Positions 25,928-38,815 of a DNA stretch of 64,000 nucleotides are shown here, one piece after another. Origin of the DNA: the human T2T-CHM13v2.0 reference genome, Homo sapiens; assembly GCF_009914755.1 (NCBI RefSeq), contig NC_060930.1; one strand, 5' to 3'. Under the pieces are notes generated by a model, which saw only the letters and a program-made list of their open reading frames with translations, ran no database searches and was not told where the DNA came from. Positions within the stretch are counted from its first letter, which is position 1, and the number at the start of each line of letters is the position of its first letter. The position numbers and the translations under genes were made by a program.

Positions 25928-27639
25928 TATAGTATGCTATAATTTCTGAGTCTCCTTCCAGTGCTAAGATTCTATGAGAAGGCAAAAAGCCATTTCTATT
26001 CCTAACATCAAAGGGATAAAGTTTTCCCTTAAAGTTTCTCTTCATAAGATATTACCCTAGTCAATTGTCATTGATCATGATATATGATTTTGGTCTTTGC
26101 TCTCTCTTTGCTTAGCACATGTCACATTGTTGTAGATGTATAGATGTTTTAATGCATATTCTGTCAGCATAGTAAATACAGAAGGACAGTTCTCTCAGTT
26201 CTACAGCAGGTCATTCTGACCAGAGTATGAACTGGGCACACACATTTATCAATTTTCTCCAAACTTCTTTTCATAGGTCAAATTACATGTGATACTACAC
26301 TTGTAATCTTCTTGCTTCCTGATACATCAGGATATAAGGAATATGGTAGGCATTGTATAAAGCTGTTTAGATAATTAACGTTAGGTACACAGGATCATGT
26401 GTGATATTAATATTTTCATGTGAAAAATGCTATTTCATGAGCCATCATCTGCTCCTCAACCTGTGATAAAATTTGTAGCTTCCTGGCAGAACATATCGAT
26501 AAAAGTACCTGATCTTAGATATATTGAACCCTAGCTTGATTAATATTTTGCTCAAGTAGAAAATTAAGTGGTGGTAGGGAATGCCCACATTTCATGTTGC
26601 TTTCCTGTGGAGTCTGTTTCTATCCATCTTTGATCTAGCATTAATTAGCACTTTTTCATATTCAATAACACTTCATTTACTAGGCATGAGCTTTTCTTAA
26701 AAACGAAGTTCCTAAGCATCTCAGGTAGAACATGTATAAGAAAATAAAAGCCTGCATATCTTTTCCTTATTCTTCCTGCAGTTATCTTTCAAATCTTTGT
26801 GTAATGGGAACTAAGACTCTATCTGTAGTCTTACCTCTGAAAGCAAAATCCTATATCCAGTGTAGTTGTATCATTGTTATTGACTTGAAGCCCATCTAGT
26901 GGTTTCTTTATCCTGATAGCCTATCTGAGTTTCATTTCCTTAATAAGAAGGGTTGGAGTTCCATATCAGGTTATATGATATATTTGCTCCTTGTTTTGCT
27001 CCAAAATTTCCTGTTCAAGTAGGGTGTCCTGTATAAAATATCTTTACATGTCCACTGTTTTAAAACTGTTTTTTTTAATCTGTCTGGATCTATATTCACT
27101 AATACAGAGTTTGTCTGCCCAGAAAACATGAATTTGAATCCCTGTTATCAGTCTATTGGGTACGTGCAGAGACCCCAGAAATAGCAAATCTTCCAAAATA
27201 TTGGAACATTTTTGTCTGGGTGATTCTGCTACAGTGTAATATACCTACCATCATAATAAAATAAAACTATTTTTCTTTTTCTTCTAACTCCAGATTCTTA
27301 GATGGTTGTGAGACTGGCTTTAAGGAATCCAATCCCTAAGCAAATGTGTTCTTAACACATGAGTTAGGAAATAATTATTCTCATCACAGAAGAATTCCTG
27401 TAGAGAAAGATTGTTTCAGAATTTCTTTTGGAAATTAGTTTTTCTTTGTTCTTAGGCTTATTGTTTGTCAGAAACACAGAAAAGCCATTAATTTAAAGGT
27501 TTATGTGTAGAGCCATATCAGTAGAGAAAATCCAGAAGAAGGTGAAGCAATTCTGTAACCACTGTCTTAGGCAATGATAAACTAACCGGATAATCAGAAA
27601 CACATCTCTGTATAATATGAAGTTCACCTCAAGTAGTGC

Positions 27640-28500
27640 ACATTTGATGTACCTATTCATTCAACTTTGAAATGCTGTTGCTAACCTTGACTCTTTCTCA
27701 TCCCTTTCTTTCCATATAAATTGGCCAACAAATTCCATCACTTTTACCTTCTAAGTAGTTCTCAAACTTGTTCCCTCTCATTTATTCCCTCTGCCAAGGT
27801 ACTTCAATTCACTGGCTCAACAAATATCTATTTAGGGTCAACTGTGTGAAAGTCATTGCCCTAGATGTTTAGGATACAACTGTTAAAAGAACAAACAACG
27901 TTACTTTATGGGTCTTACATTCTTATTCAGAATTTCATTATTTCTTGCTTGAATTGCAACATAAATCTTTTGCTTCTAGCCGGCTCTCACTGGAGACTAT
28001 ACCCGATGCTAACACCAGAGCTGTCTTTCTAAAAGATAATCCGGATCATGTCACATTCCATATTCAAATGGCTCTTTATCACCAACTTTGTAAATGCCAC
28101 GTCTGGTAACCATCTTGGAGGACTGAGCCACACCTGCCTAACTTCATTCTCCACCACTCCCATCCCTTTTCTTCAGTCACACTGGACTAAGTGCTGCTCC
28201 TAGAATAGGCAGAGATGAGGTTTTCATGGCTGTATGACTGCACCTGCTGATTTTGCCATAAATTCTACACTCCCATGTCAAGAAGAAATTTCTACTCAAC
28301 TCTGAACAAAGTCATCTTTGCCTTTGGCGGAGAGTTAATGTTTTCATGTGTTAACTTGTAGAAATGTTCAAAACATGCTCTTTTTAAAAGTGACACTTAC
28401 AGAATTCTATCTATTTATATTCTTGTTTTTCATTCCTCAATATCAGTCCCATTAGACTGACAGTTTTTCGAAAGCAAAATATATGTCTTCTTTGGGCTAA
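27640..28500 (+). mobile_element. L2 fragments
   Basis: ccttgactctttctcatcc, tctttctaaaa...gatcatgtcac, cattagactg motifs; approximate. Confidence 0.5.
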
Positions 28501-29368
28501 CCAGTAATTTGTTGAAAAAAAAGTAGAAACTAACAGGTGTAGTATACAAGAGAGATTCTGTGCTTACCTTAAAAGGGATACTTATAGGAATATAAATTTT
28601 GCTTTAATAAAGTTTTATTTTCAACCCTCTCTTATTTATGGCATCTAATATGACTTCACTGGGTGTATGGGCCTCATTGACAAAATCTACCAAAACCAAA
28701 GAAAAGAAAAAAATATCATTTAAAATCATATGCAAATTATTCTGTTCCAATAATTTTACTATCTAGGCATAACTTAAAATAGGGCTTAGAAAAGTTTAGT
28801 GTTTAGCATAGTTATCTAAAAAGAACAATATCCCTTTTAAAAGGAACATGCATGGAAATATTAATAACCTTAGAAGTACAGGATCTTAAATCACTCTTTC
28901 ATGGGTTTTAATACCTTACTCTGCAGGAACTTTATGGTCTTTCCATAAAGACTTTTCAAATATATAAAAAAGTAGTGTTTCTGGAACTCATGAAAAGTGG
29001 GCATATAAAATAAATCCTGAAGGAAGAGCTTAAATAATTATGTGCATTGAGTGAGAGACGGAAACCCAGTCTCAATGTAGGGAGACTGAAGGGCTCAGGC
29101 AGCACTCATGCATCCTTAGGGAATGTGGTAGATGGGCTAAGAGCTGCCCAGATTTTTTTCAAAACCAGCATATTCCCAGGTATCACTAAATTTTGAGAGA
29201 AAAAGTTATTAATGAGTCTTAAAAAATAATTGAAACAATTTAATTTAATGAAGTAGAAACAATTTAAAAGAACCGTATTATGTGGATTTCCTTGAGGAAA
29301 AACAAAACAAAACAAAAACCAAATAGCCAGTATTAAGATCTCTCAAGCTTGTGAACCCACTGTGCTCA

Positions 29369-29758
<390 letters not shown>

Positions 29759-31429
29759 TCAAATGAAGAGGTATATGTAAAGGGAAATAGAGTACACATA
29801 GTTATATTTAGAGCAAATATGAATATAATGAAGATCCTCATATCCTCAGAGACAGTCACTGACTTATAAGAGAACATTTGTGAAAATATATGCATATTTC
29901 TAGAATTTTCAACCTGTTGGTATAATAGCAAGTAAAGGAATGGTACCACAATTTAGGAACATACATATATTAGGAAAAAATGCCCTCAAGAAGACAGGAA
30001 CTCTTTCCTGTAAGTGAATAAAATGAGTAGCCTTCTGGTTTTGCACTAGTTAACCTTTATTTTAGTTTAAATAAAGGTTTTAACCACAGGAATTTGCTAT
30101 AATATCATCGGGGAAAGAACCCGCAGATCTATTTTTTTTTTACAACATCCCATTGCAACTCTATGAAATATTTGATAACTGTCTTAGAAGCTGTCTAGAG
30201 AAGACAGAGGAGAGGAGATAGCTGAAGGTTGCAGTGCAAATGTTAAATCCTGTGATGAATGGACTTTGCTTGTCATTTGACACAGAGGCTGTAACATAGG
30301 TGAACTAACTGCACAATAGCTTCTGTGGTGTTATTTTTCCATGTGTGATATTTTCTTTTCATTTGAATTTTGCATAAAGGTTAACACCTTTTGTTAATTT
30401 TTTTATACCAGCACCTTAGTCTCTGAAACTATTAGATTCAGTTGCCATACTTTCCTTTTCCTCTGTCACCTCTAGTCAATGACTTGGATAATTGGTTTGG
30501 CTGCCCATTTTGAGAAAGCATGTAACAATCCGAATGCTGCTATTCTCTCTGGGTTTAGAATGACTGGTGTTTTAAATGAGCGTCTTAAAATTATATATAA
30601 TAAACATGTTTCTTGAAAAGAAACTTACAGCAACTCTAAAGAGCTGAAAGATTTGCAAGAATTATTCTTGTCTTTTGCATCATTGAAATTATTTTTTGGA
30701 AAATTGTAACAAAATATGTAGAAACATAATGAAAACTGATAGCAGTTGAACAAAAGTAAAAGTAATAATTCGTATTTCTTAAAAGTTTCCAAGCTAAGGG
30801 AGTTTATTTCACTTTTAATTTATTCAGTAATACTAAAATAATAAAAGGTATACACCACATTCTGAAGTGCCTCTTCTCCTTTGTATGACTTTTCTATTTC
30901 TTCTTCTTTCCATGCACCATCCTCAATGCACCAAGCTCAAGAAGTCTGAAAGATCTTACAAAGTGGGAAGGCAACCTAGTCTCTATCAGGAATAGGAGAA
31001 AGCAAAATTATTCTTCATGTTTTCTCACACCCCAAATCACTTTTTCTTCCCTCACTCTCATGCCAAAGGATCCAAATACATTATATTTTGTGTGTGTGTG
31101 TCCCAAGAGCCCTACCATAAACTTGTCATCTTTAGGCAATACCTCCGTGCTGTGGTGCCATCATTCTATTCTGTGCCCTATTAAAAATAGCTTTCTGCAA
31201 ACTCACCAGGTTGGAAATTTGCATCTCTTCTAGGAATGTTTGTTCTGTAATGACAGACCATAATTTAGCTTAAAGGAGCCCTGCTGTTGGAAGTTTGAAT
31301 ATTAGGTTTAGGTTAATGTGGTAATACACGGGCAGAATTAATTGTGTTCTCATAATTCACCAAGTTACATGAAAGTAAGTACACACTACAAGTGGGGCCT
31401 ATATGTCTGTAAAAGAAAAGCAATATAAT

Positions 31430-31580
31430 GTATTAAGAAGAATGTGAGACTTGGAGCCTTGGCTCAACACTTCCCAGTGTATGATATTGGACAAGTCTCC
31501 ATTATCTCAGTAAATAAAACAGGTTAATAATACCTACCTCGCTGGATTTAATCATGAAGAAAAATGAAATCGTGTACGTT
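31430..31580 (+). mobile_element. MIR fragment
   Basis: ggctcaacacttcccagtgtatgatattggacaagt...ataatacctacctc. Confidence 0.55.
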
Positions 31581-31920
31581 TAGGTTTTTTATGAGCTGTC
31601 ATGTGCTACATTCAGAATGGACCAGTAGTGGAAATATAAGCTTCTGTATCCATACATACATGTGTTTACAAAAATTCTACGTTAGGCACAAAGCCACTTT
31701 ATAAAATAATATGTATATATAAATATTTTTACATAAACTACAAAATTATCTGTGTTTTCATTATGGTTTATAACAGTAGTTCTGGAAATGTTTAGTTTAT
31801 GCCATTTAAGGTAGAGTGGTAGATTTGTTTGGTAGAGTTTCAAGGGGCTAGACATAAAGAGGATAAGTATTTTAATCAATTTATGACTTTTAATTTCTTC
31901 TGTAATATGGTTGTACCTCC

Positions 31921-32373
31921 TTTTTTAATCTAATTTTTATTTTTCTTTTTTTTTAATATTATACTTCAAGTACTGGGGTACATGTGTAGAACATGCAGGT
32001 TTGTTATATAGGTATACACGTGCCATGGTGGTTTGCTGCACTCATCAACCAGTCATCTACATTAGGTATTTCTCCTAATGCTATCCCTCCCTAGCCCCCG
32101 ACCCCCAAACAGGCCCCAGTGTGTGATGGTCCCTTCCCTGTGCCCATGTGTTCTCATTGTTCAACTCTCACTTGTGAGTGAGAACATGCAATGTTTGGTT
32201 TTCTGTTCTTGTGTTAGTTTGCTGAGAATGGTGGTTTCCAGCTTCATCTATGTCCCTGTAAAGGACATGAACTCACTGTTTTTTATGGCTGCATAGTATT
32301 CCATGGTATATATGTGCCACATTTTCTTTCCAGTCTATCATTGATGGGCATTTGGGTTAATTTGAAGTCTTTG
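31921..32373 (-). mobile_element. L1PA (L1PA8-like) 3' end, 5'-truncated
   Basis: antisense L1 3'UTR/ORF2 end (ggggtacatgtgtagaacatgcaggtttgtt...ttgatgggcatttgggtt), T-rich tail on the left. Confidence 0.92.
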
Positions 32374-32690
32374 AGGATAAGTATTTTTTAAGTCCTTTTA
32401 AAAACTTTGTACCCCAGTTGCCTTAGTCTTTCCTCTCCTGTGGTCAATGAGTTTGATTTCAAGCCATTTATATATAAATGAGTCTGTTCTGTGCACATAA
32501 ATAATGTTATGGTAAAGAAGAAAACTATATGAGCACATTTCTGTAGGGCAATGGTGATATTTCCATTGTGAAACAGGATGGGACAGAGAGAAAGCACAAA
32601 AGATGTAGGAATGACAATAATCTGCATTCTCTCAAGAAGCAAACCAAACATTTTAACCATACCAATCTTTATTATTGTTATTAATTGTAG

Positions 32691-32736
32691 ATGGGGCACA
32701 CTGAGAGGAGCACAAGGGCAGAAAGAAAAATTTTGG
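32691..32736 (+). CDS. TINAG: TINAG coding exon (probably exon 10), 46 nt, phase 2->0
   Basis: ttaattgtag acceptor, TGG|gtatgt donor; (G)WGTLRGAQGQKEKFW completes the HAVKLTGWG motif and keeps frame into the last exon. Confidence 0.95.
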
Positions 32737-33046
32737 GTATGTAACTCTTTCCAGTTGAATTCCTGCTGTGAAGTGAATATGTTCAAATCTTCTGTTCCTC
32801 TGCTACCTGCTTTGTATTATTTAGTCACATCCTCAGCTGTGTAATATTGTTGATAACATCAGTGTTTTCGCCAGCACAAAACTTATTATAAACATTTATA
32901 TTGTATTTATAGTTTTCCTCAACTCTCAGTATTTCAAATTGTAAAAGAAAAATCAGTGTTTATTTTTCCCCAAGTTGAGAATCAAGAGGGTAACTTTGTT
33001 CTATTATCTTCTATATTAAACTAAAAGTATTGATCAAACTTCCCTC

Positions 33047-33330
33047 ATATATATTTATATGGCAATGAACTTGATGCTTTTGTTATGTTAGTATCATATA
33101 TATACATATATATGTATATATATCCTATAGGATATAACCTATAGGATATATATATATATTTATATGGCATATATATTTAGATGGCAATGAACTTGATGCT
33201 TATGTTAGTATCATATATATATACACATATATGTATATATATCCTATAGGATATAACCGATAGGATATATATGTATATGTAACCTACAGGATATATATAC
33301 ACACATATGTGTATATATATCCTATAGGTT
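33047..33330. repeat. ~122-bp tandem duplication with TA-rich palindromic units
   Basis: ggcaatgaacttgatgctt at 33061 and 33183; TATATCCTATAGGATATA palindrome in each copy. Confidence 0.85.
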
Positions 33331-34699
33331 AAGGCTTTTTTTTTTCTTTTTGCCAAATATAACATATGCATGTGTCTTTACTCAGAAAGAACCAATATCT
33401 AGTCTCAAAATAACAGAAAGTTTCAGGTAAGAAACAATTTGAAGAAGATTGGAACATATTACCTCAAATATTCGGTTTATTACAACAAGCTGGTCAATTG
33501 TCCAAAGTCCTAATATTATATACTTTTTTATACAGATAGAATAAAGTCTATGTGGTAATACTTACCATGGAATTTAAATTTAAATGTACACAGTAGAGGG
33601 CATATTTTGGCTTACAAAGCACTAGGTGCTAGAACTTGTACTCATCAGAATGACTCTTGGTATATTTCTTCATAAGGCACTCACAGAATTCAATCACCCA
33701 ATTATGTGTTCGTACCTTATATTTGTGTTGTTGATACATGGAGGTATGATGCTTTTAAGTAGAAGGATTCTTCTTTATATTTAAACTGTGCTTTTAAAAA
33801 TATAATTTTTCTCATTAAAATAAAATAATTAGTAGCCAACAATCAACATTAATGTCCAATAGTTAAAATAAATAAGTTATAAACTAGGATATGTTATTTG
33901 AATACCTACTATTAAGTTTCTGCATAGGATTTTTATTAAATAAATTTGAACAGTTTTTTAATCTCATAACGATGTAATATTTAGAGAAAAAATCAAGTTC
34001 TTTGATTAATGTATTTAACTCACAACAGTTCTTAGCATATAGCACTTGATGGCCATTTGCTGAGTGAATATGAACGAATGTGCAGAGGAAAATGTTTTGT
34101 GATCCTTTCATCCTCAACCTGATCATTCCCACCCTAGATCCCTACCTCTAGGTAGTGTATATGTGTACACACACACACATACACATACGCTGAGTATGAT
34201 TATCTACTCACTCATTTTCATATATTTAACACATACATGCACACTATCCCTTTTAACTACATTGTTGTACTTACTATCGATTCTGAACTTACTACTTATC
34301 AAACATCTTCAAAGAAAATTTTATTTCATGAGGCTAGGGGTAAGATTTCTTTCTGCTATGATTTGTTTGATAAATTGTTGAATGCAAGCAGTAGAAATAC
34401 AAGAATCAGACTAAAATTTATAATATTTTGCACATTAATTGAGGCTTTTTTCTCTACTGAACTGTGTTCTCCTCATGAGTCAGGATCATATTTGACTTAT
34501 TTACCAATGTATCTCAAGGGTAAAGTATTTTGATTGGTACATAGTGAGAATATAAACAATACTCATTGAATGAGCAAATGAATAATTTTAGTCTATGCAT
34601 TCAGGAAAAACTAATCAAGTAATTAAAATAATTTTATTTTTTATAAAACATACTAGTGGTTTAATTAAAATATGAAACTTTAAGTACTGTTGTACTGTT

Positions 34700-35200
34700 T
34701 TGTGAAGAATTGTGAAAGGTCTGAGATATTATCCCACAGATATAGATGATATAGATATTGGTATAGATATAGACCTAACTAGAGATACAACACCTGGGTC
34801 AGAAGTAAGGAGTTCTTAACAGATACTCATAAATAGATCGACAACCAGAGTAACATAGCAGCATGCATCTCCCACACCTTAGTCTTACAGTGATGTGATA
34901 AGAACCAATAAAATTTGTCTACACAGGTAGCAGTGTATGTCTCATAAATGATGGACAAAGAACAATAGATTTTCTCCATTTGTTTACAGGAGAGAGACAA
35001 GCAGATTCCTCCTTTCCCAAAAGGAAGGAAAAATCTTTCATTCCATTATGATGAGTTGAAGAGGAACCTATCTTCTCACCATAAACATTAGGAATATAAA
35101 CATATCTTTCCAAGGTCCAGCTAGACAGCAAATAAAGTCTCCAGATGATGGGCTGCATTTCTTTTGAGATGTAAATACCAAAGGATATAATGTCCCCACA
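34700..35200. mobile_element. Possible ERV LTR fragment
   Basis: tgtgaaaggtctgagatattatccc...cctgggtcagaag resembles an LTR end; family uncertain. Confidence 0.35.
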
Positions 35201-35927
35201 CTTCTGACACCTTAAAGCTTAATTTAGGACCTTGTCTCTGCTCTCTTTGAGCCTCTAGAGGAGATAAGAGAAGTTTTGTTATCCCTTCAGATCAGATCAT
35301 TAAACTAGATGAATGGCTACATATCTAATTGTCAAGGTATGCGAAGAGTAGAATATTTTTGGGAGAAGTGAAAGAAAACATTCCCTATCTTTATATTATA
35401 TACAATGTTTTGTGGGTCAGGAAAGCAAAAACTTTATTCAAGAGCACTGAGAAATCTAGGAAAGTTTTATTTCTGCACAATTATATATGGATGTTTCAAA
35501 GCATTTACAAATAGTCCTATGATATAAACCTATTTTTATAATAAAAATATTGAAAGTCTTTCACTACTGAGTAAAATGTAATACATAGCAGCAAGCCATA
35601 AATTCTACTAAATAAGTAGAAAATAGCAGAATTTTTCCAAAATTGTGTTTTTAAAAAAATGAGAGTGCTAAATCTGGAGAAAAATTTTTGGCCTAGGAGC
35701 ATTTGGTAGGTTTGGGCATAAAGTGAGGACTGGGTTTGTAATAGGCATGCTATGGTTTGTTTGAGTTAAATTATGAGACAAGTGAAGCAGAAAGATGTGA
35801 CCAGCAACCAAGGGAAAAATACTATCAATAGAAGCAATAGATGATACTTTAGATGTAGGCTTTAAAATAACCATTATTTTAAAAAATTAAGAAAAATCTA
35901 GATGAAAAGATGGAGAATTTCAATCTA

Positions 35928-36521
35928 TAATTAGTTCAACCATTGTGGAAGAGTGTGGCAATTCCTCAAGAATCTAGAACCAGAAATACCATTTGACCCA
36001 GCAATCTCATTACTGGGTATATACCCAAAAGATTATAAATCATTCCATTATAAAGACACATGCACACACATGTTTATTGCAGCACTGTTCACAATAGCAA
36101 AAACTTGGAACCAACCCATATCCCCATCAATGATAGACTGGATAAAGAAAATGTGGCACATATACACCATAGAATACTACGCATCAATAAAAAAGGATGA
36201 GTTTATGTACTTTGCAGGGACATGGATGAAGCTGGAAACCATCATTCTCAGCAAACTAACACAGGAACAGAAAACCAAACACTACATGTTCTCACTCGTA
36301 AGTGAGAGTTGAACAATGAGAACACATGGACACAGGGAGGGGAACATCACACACTGGGGCCTGTTCACGGGTGGGGGGCTAGGAGAGGGATAGCATTAGG
36401 AGAAATACCTAATGTAGATGATGAGTTGATGGGTGCAGAAAACCACCGTGGCATGTGTATACCTATGTAACAAACCTGCATGTTCTGCACATGTACCCCA
36501 GAACTTAAATTATAATAAAAA
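35928..36521 (+). mobile_element. L1PA (L1PA8-like) 3' end
   Basis: ORF 35953-36312 is the ORF2 C-terminus (EIPFDPAI...WMKLETIILSKL); 3'UTR and A tail follow. Confidence 0.93.
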
Positions 36522-38044
36522 ATGAGTTCCTGAATTCATGAATGCAAACATTGCAAGAAAATCACACTCAAACTTTTCACGATCAAACAGCTGAAGATAA
36601 AAAATAGAAATTTAAAAAGTCACTATTTAAAATGACACATTATTCTCAAAAAAAGCAGCACTGACTGACAGCTGGCATTTCAACAACAACAATAAAAAAG
36701 GAAAGTAGAAGACTGCAAAATGACATTGCTAAAATGCTGGATAAAATAATAATATTGATAATGATGAAGATAACGTGCCAACATGGAATTTTATACATGG
36801 TGACATTTTTCTCCAAAATAAATACAAAATTAAAGCACGTTTGGACAAAAGCTGAAATAACACAATTCCAAAAAAACATACACCAAAAGTTACAGAAAAA
36901 AAGTAGGCAAATATTTAAACATATCTCAGTATCTCATAGAAATAGCAGCTAAAAATAAGTAAATGTATGAAAGATTGAAAAAAACTATTAGCCAGCTTTA
37001 TGTCATTGAAATTCATAGGATATTACACATAAATATTGATGAATATACATTCTCTTTAAGTGCACATGAAATATTTGCCAATATTGACCACATGCTGGTC
37101 CATAGGGCATGTTCAATAAATTTAAAAAATTGAAATTGTACAGAATATACCATGATGAAACTTTTGTTATTTAGCTAAAGCACTACTGAATGTAATAGAA
37201 AATGCATGCATTGGAAAAGAAGAAAGGTTAAAATTGATTCATGTATTTTTAAAAGGTTGAAAAGAATAATTCAATAAGCTGAAAAATTTAAACCGAAGAT
37301 AAATGAAAGAAATAATAAACAGAAAAGCAAAAAAAAGTAAAAGAAAACAGACATATTATAATAGATGAAAATCAAAAAAGCAAAGAGTTGATGCTTTGCA
37401 AAAAATGATTAAATGTCTAGGAAGACTGAAAAAGAAACAAGGAGAGACAAATTGCCATAGAAATGAAAAAAGAGAACATTGCTGCAGATTCAATAGATAT
37501 GAAGTAGGTAATAAGAGGATATTATTAAAAAGTTATGCCAGTATAATTGAAAATATAGATGAAATGGATAAATTTATCAGAAAACAAAACTTATCAAAAA
37601 CCTACACAGGATGAAAATAGCATAAATAGTTATGGAACAATTTGAAAAAAAAAAATGAGTCTATTTAAATTACTTTCACAGAGGAATTCAGGCTCAAAAG
37701 ACTTCACTGGTGAATTTTCCAAACATTTAAGGAATAAATGAAACGAATTTTACAACAAATCCTTTCAGGGAATAGGAAATAAGGAACAGTTACTTCCAAA
37801 CTCATTTTATGAAGCGGTAACACCAATACCAAAACTTGATAAGACAATACAAAAAAGAAAAAATATAGGCCGATATCTCTCATGAGCATAAAATTCCAAA
37901 CAAAATATTACAATTAAGAAATATATAAAGGGATAACACTCCATAAGTGAAACTTATGTTAGGAATGCAAGGTTGGTTTCAAGTACTAAAATCAATCAAT
38001 ATAGTTCATCAAATTATAAGAGTCAAGGAGAAAAAAAAACATGA

Positions 38045-38355
38045 TTTTTTTTTTTTTTTTTTTTTTTTTCAGACGGAGTCTCACTCACTCTGTCGTCCAG
38101 GCTGGAGTGCAGTGTCGTGATCTTGGCTAACTGCATCCTCTACCTCCCAGGTTCAAGCAGTTCTCCCTACCTCAGTCTCCCGAGTAGCTGGGAATACAGA
38201 CACCCGCCACCACACCTGGCTAATATTCGTATTTTTGGTAGAGACGGGTTTCGCCATGTCGCCCAGGCTGGTCTCAAACTCCTGACTTCAGGTGATCTGC
38301 CCACCTTGGCCTCCCAAAGTGCTGGAATTACAGGCGTGAGCCAGTGAACCCGGCT
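38045..38355 (-). mobile_element. AluS
   Basis: poly-T then agacggagtctcactc...ctcccaaagtgctggaattacaggcgtgagcc. Confidence 0.95.
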
Positions 38356-38404
38356 TGAATATCTTAATTGGTGCAGAAAATGCATTAATAAAATTCAGCA
38401 CTTA

Positions 38405-38815
38405 CTGTTCTACTGTTGTGTAACAAACTATCACAGATTTAGCAGATTGAAACAACATACATTTATTATCGCAGTGTTTCTGTGGGTCAGAAATCCAGTG
38501 TACCGAGCTGGATCCTCTGCTCCTGATCTCACAAGGATGCCATCAAAGTGTTGTCTGAGTTGTGTTCCTTTCTGGAGCTTACAGCCCTCTTCCAAGCTCA
38601 CGTGGTTGTTGGTAGACGTGTTTTTTTGGTTGTGGGTCCAAGCCCCCATTTTCTTGCTGACTGAGGATATTCTCAGATCTTAGAGGATGCCTGAAGTTCC
38701 TTCCATGTGGCTCCCTCACACAGAGTTTTACAGATCCTCTCTCAACAGAGTACCTTACATCTTCAAGACCATTAGGAAAAACAAAATTTCTGACTTCTAA
38801 ATCCTCTTTTAAGGG
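38405..38815 (-). mobile_element. MLT1-class MaLR LTR
   Basis: ctgttgtgtaacaaactatcaca...aaacaacatacatttattatc.cag..ttctgtgggtcagaaatcc. Confidence 0.7.
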
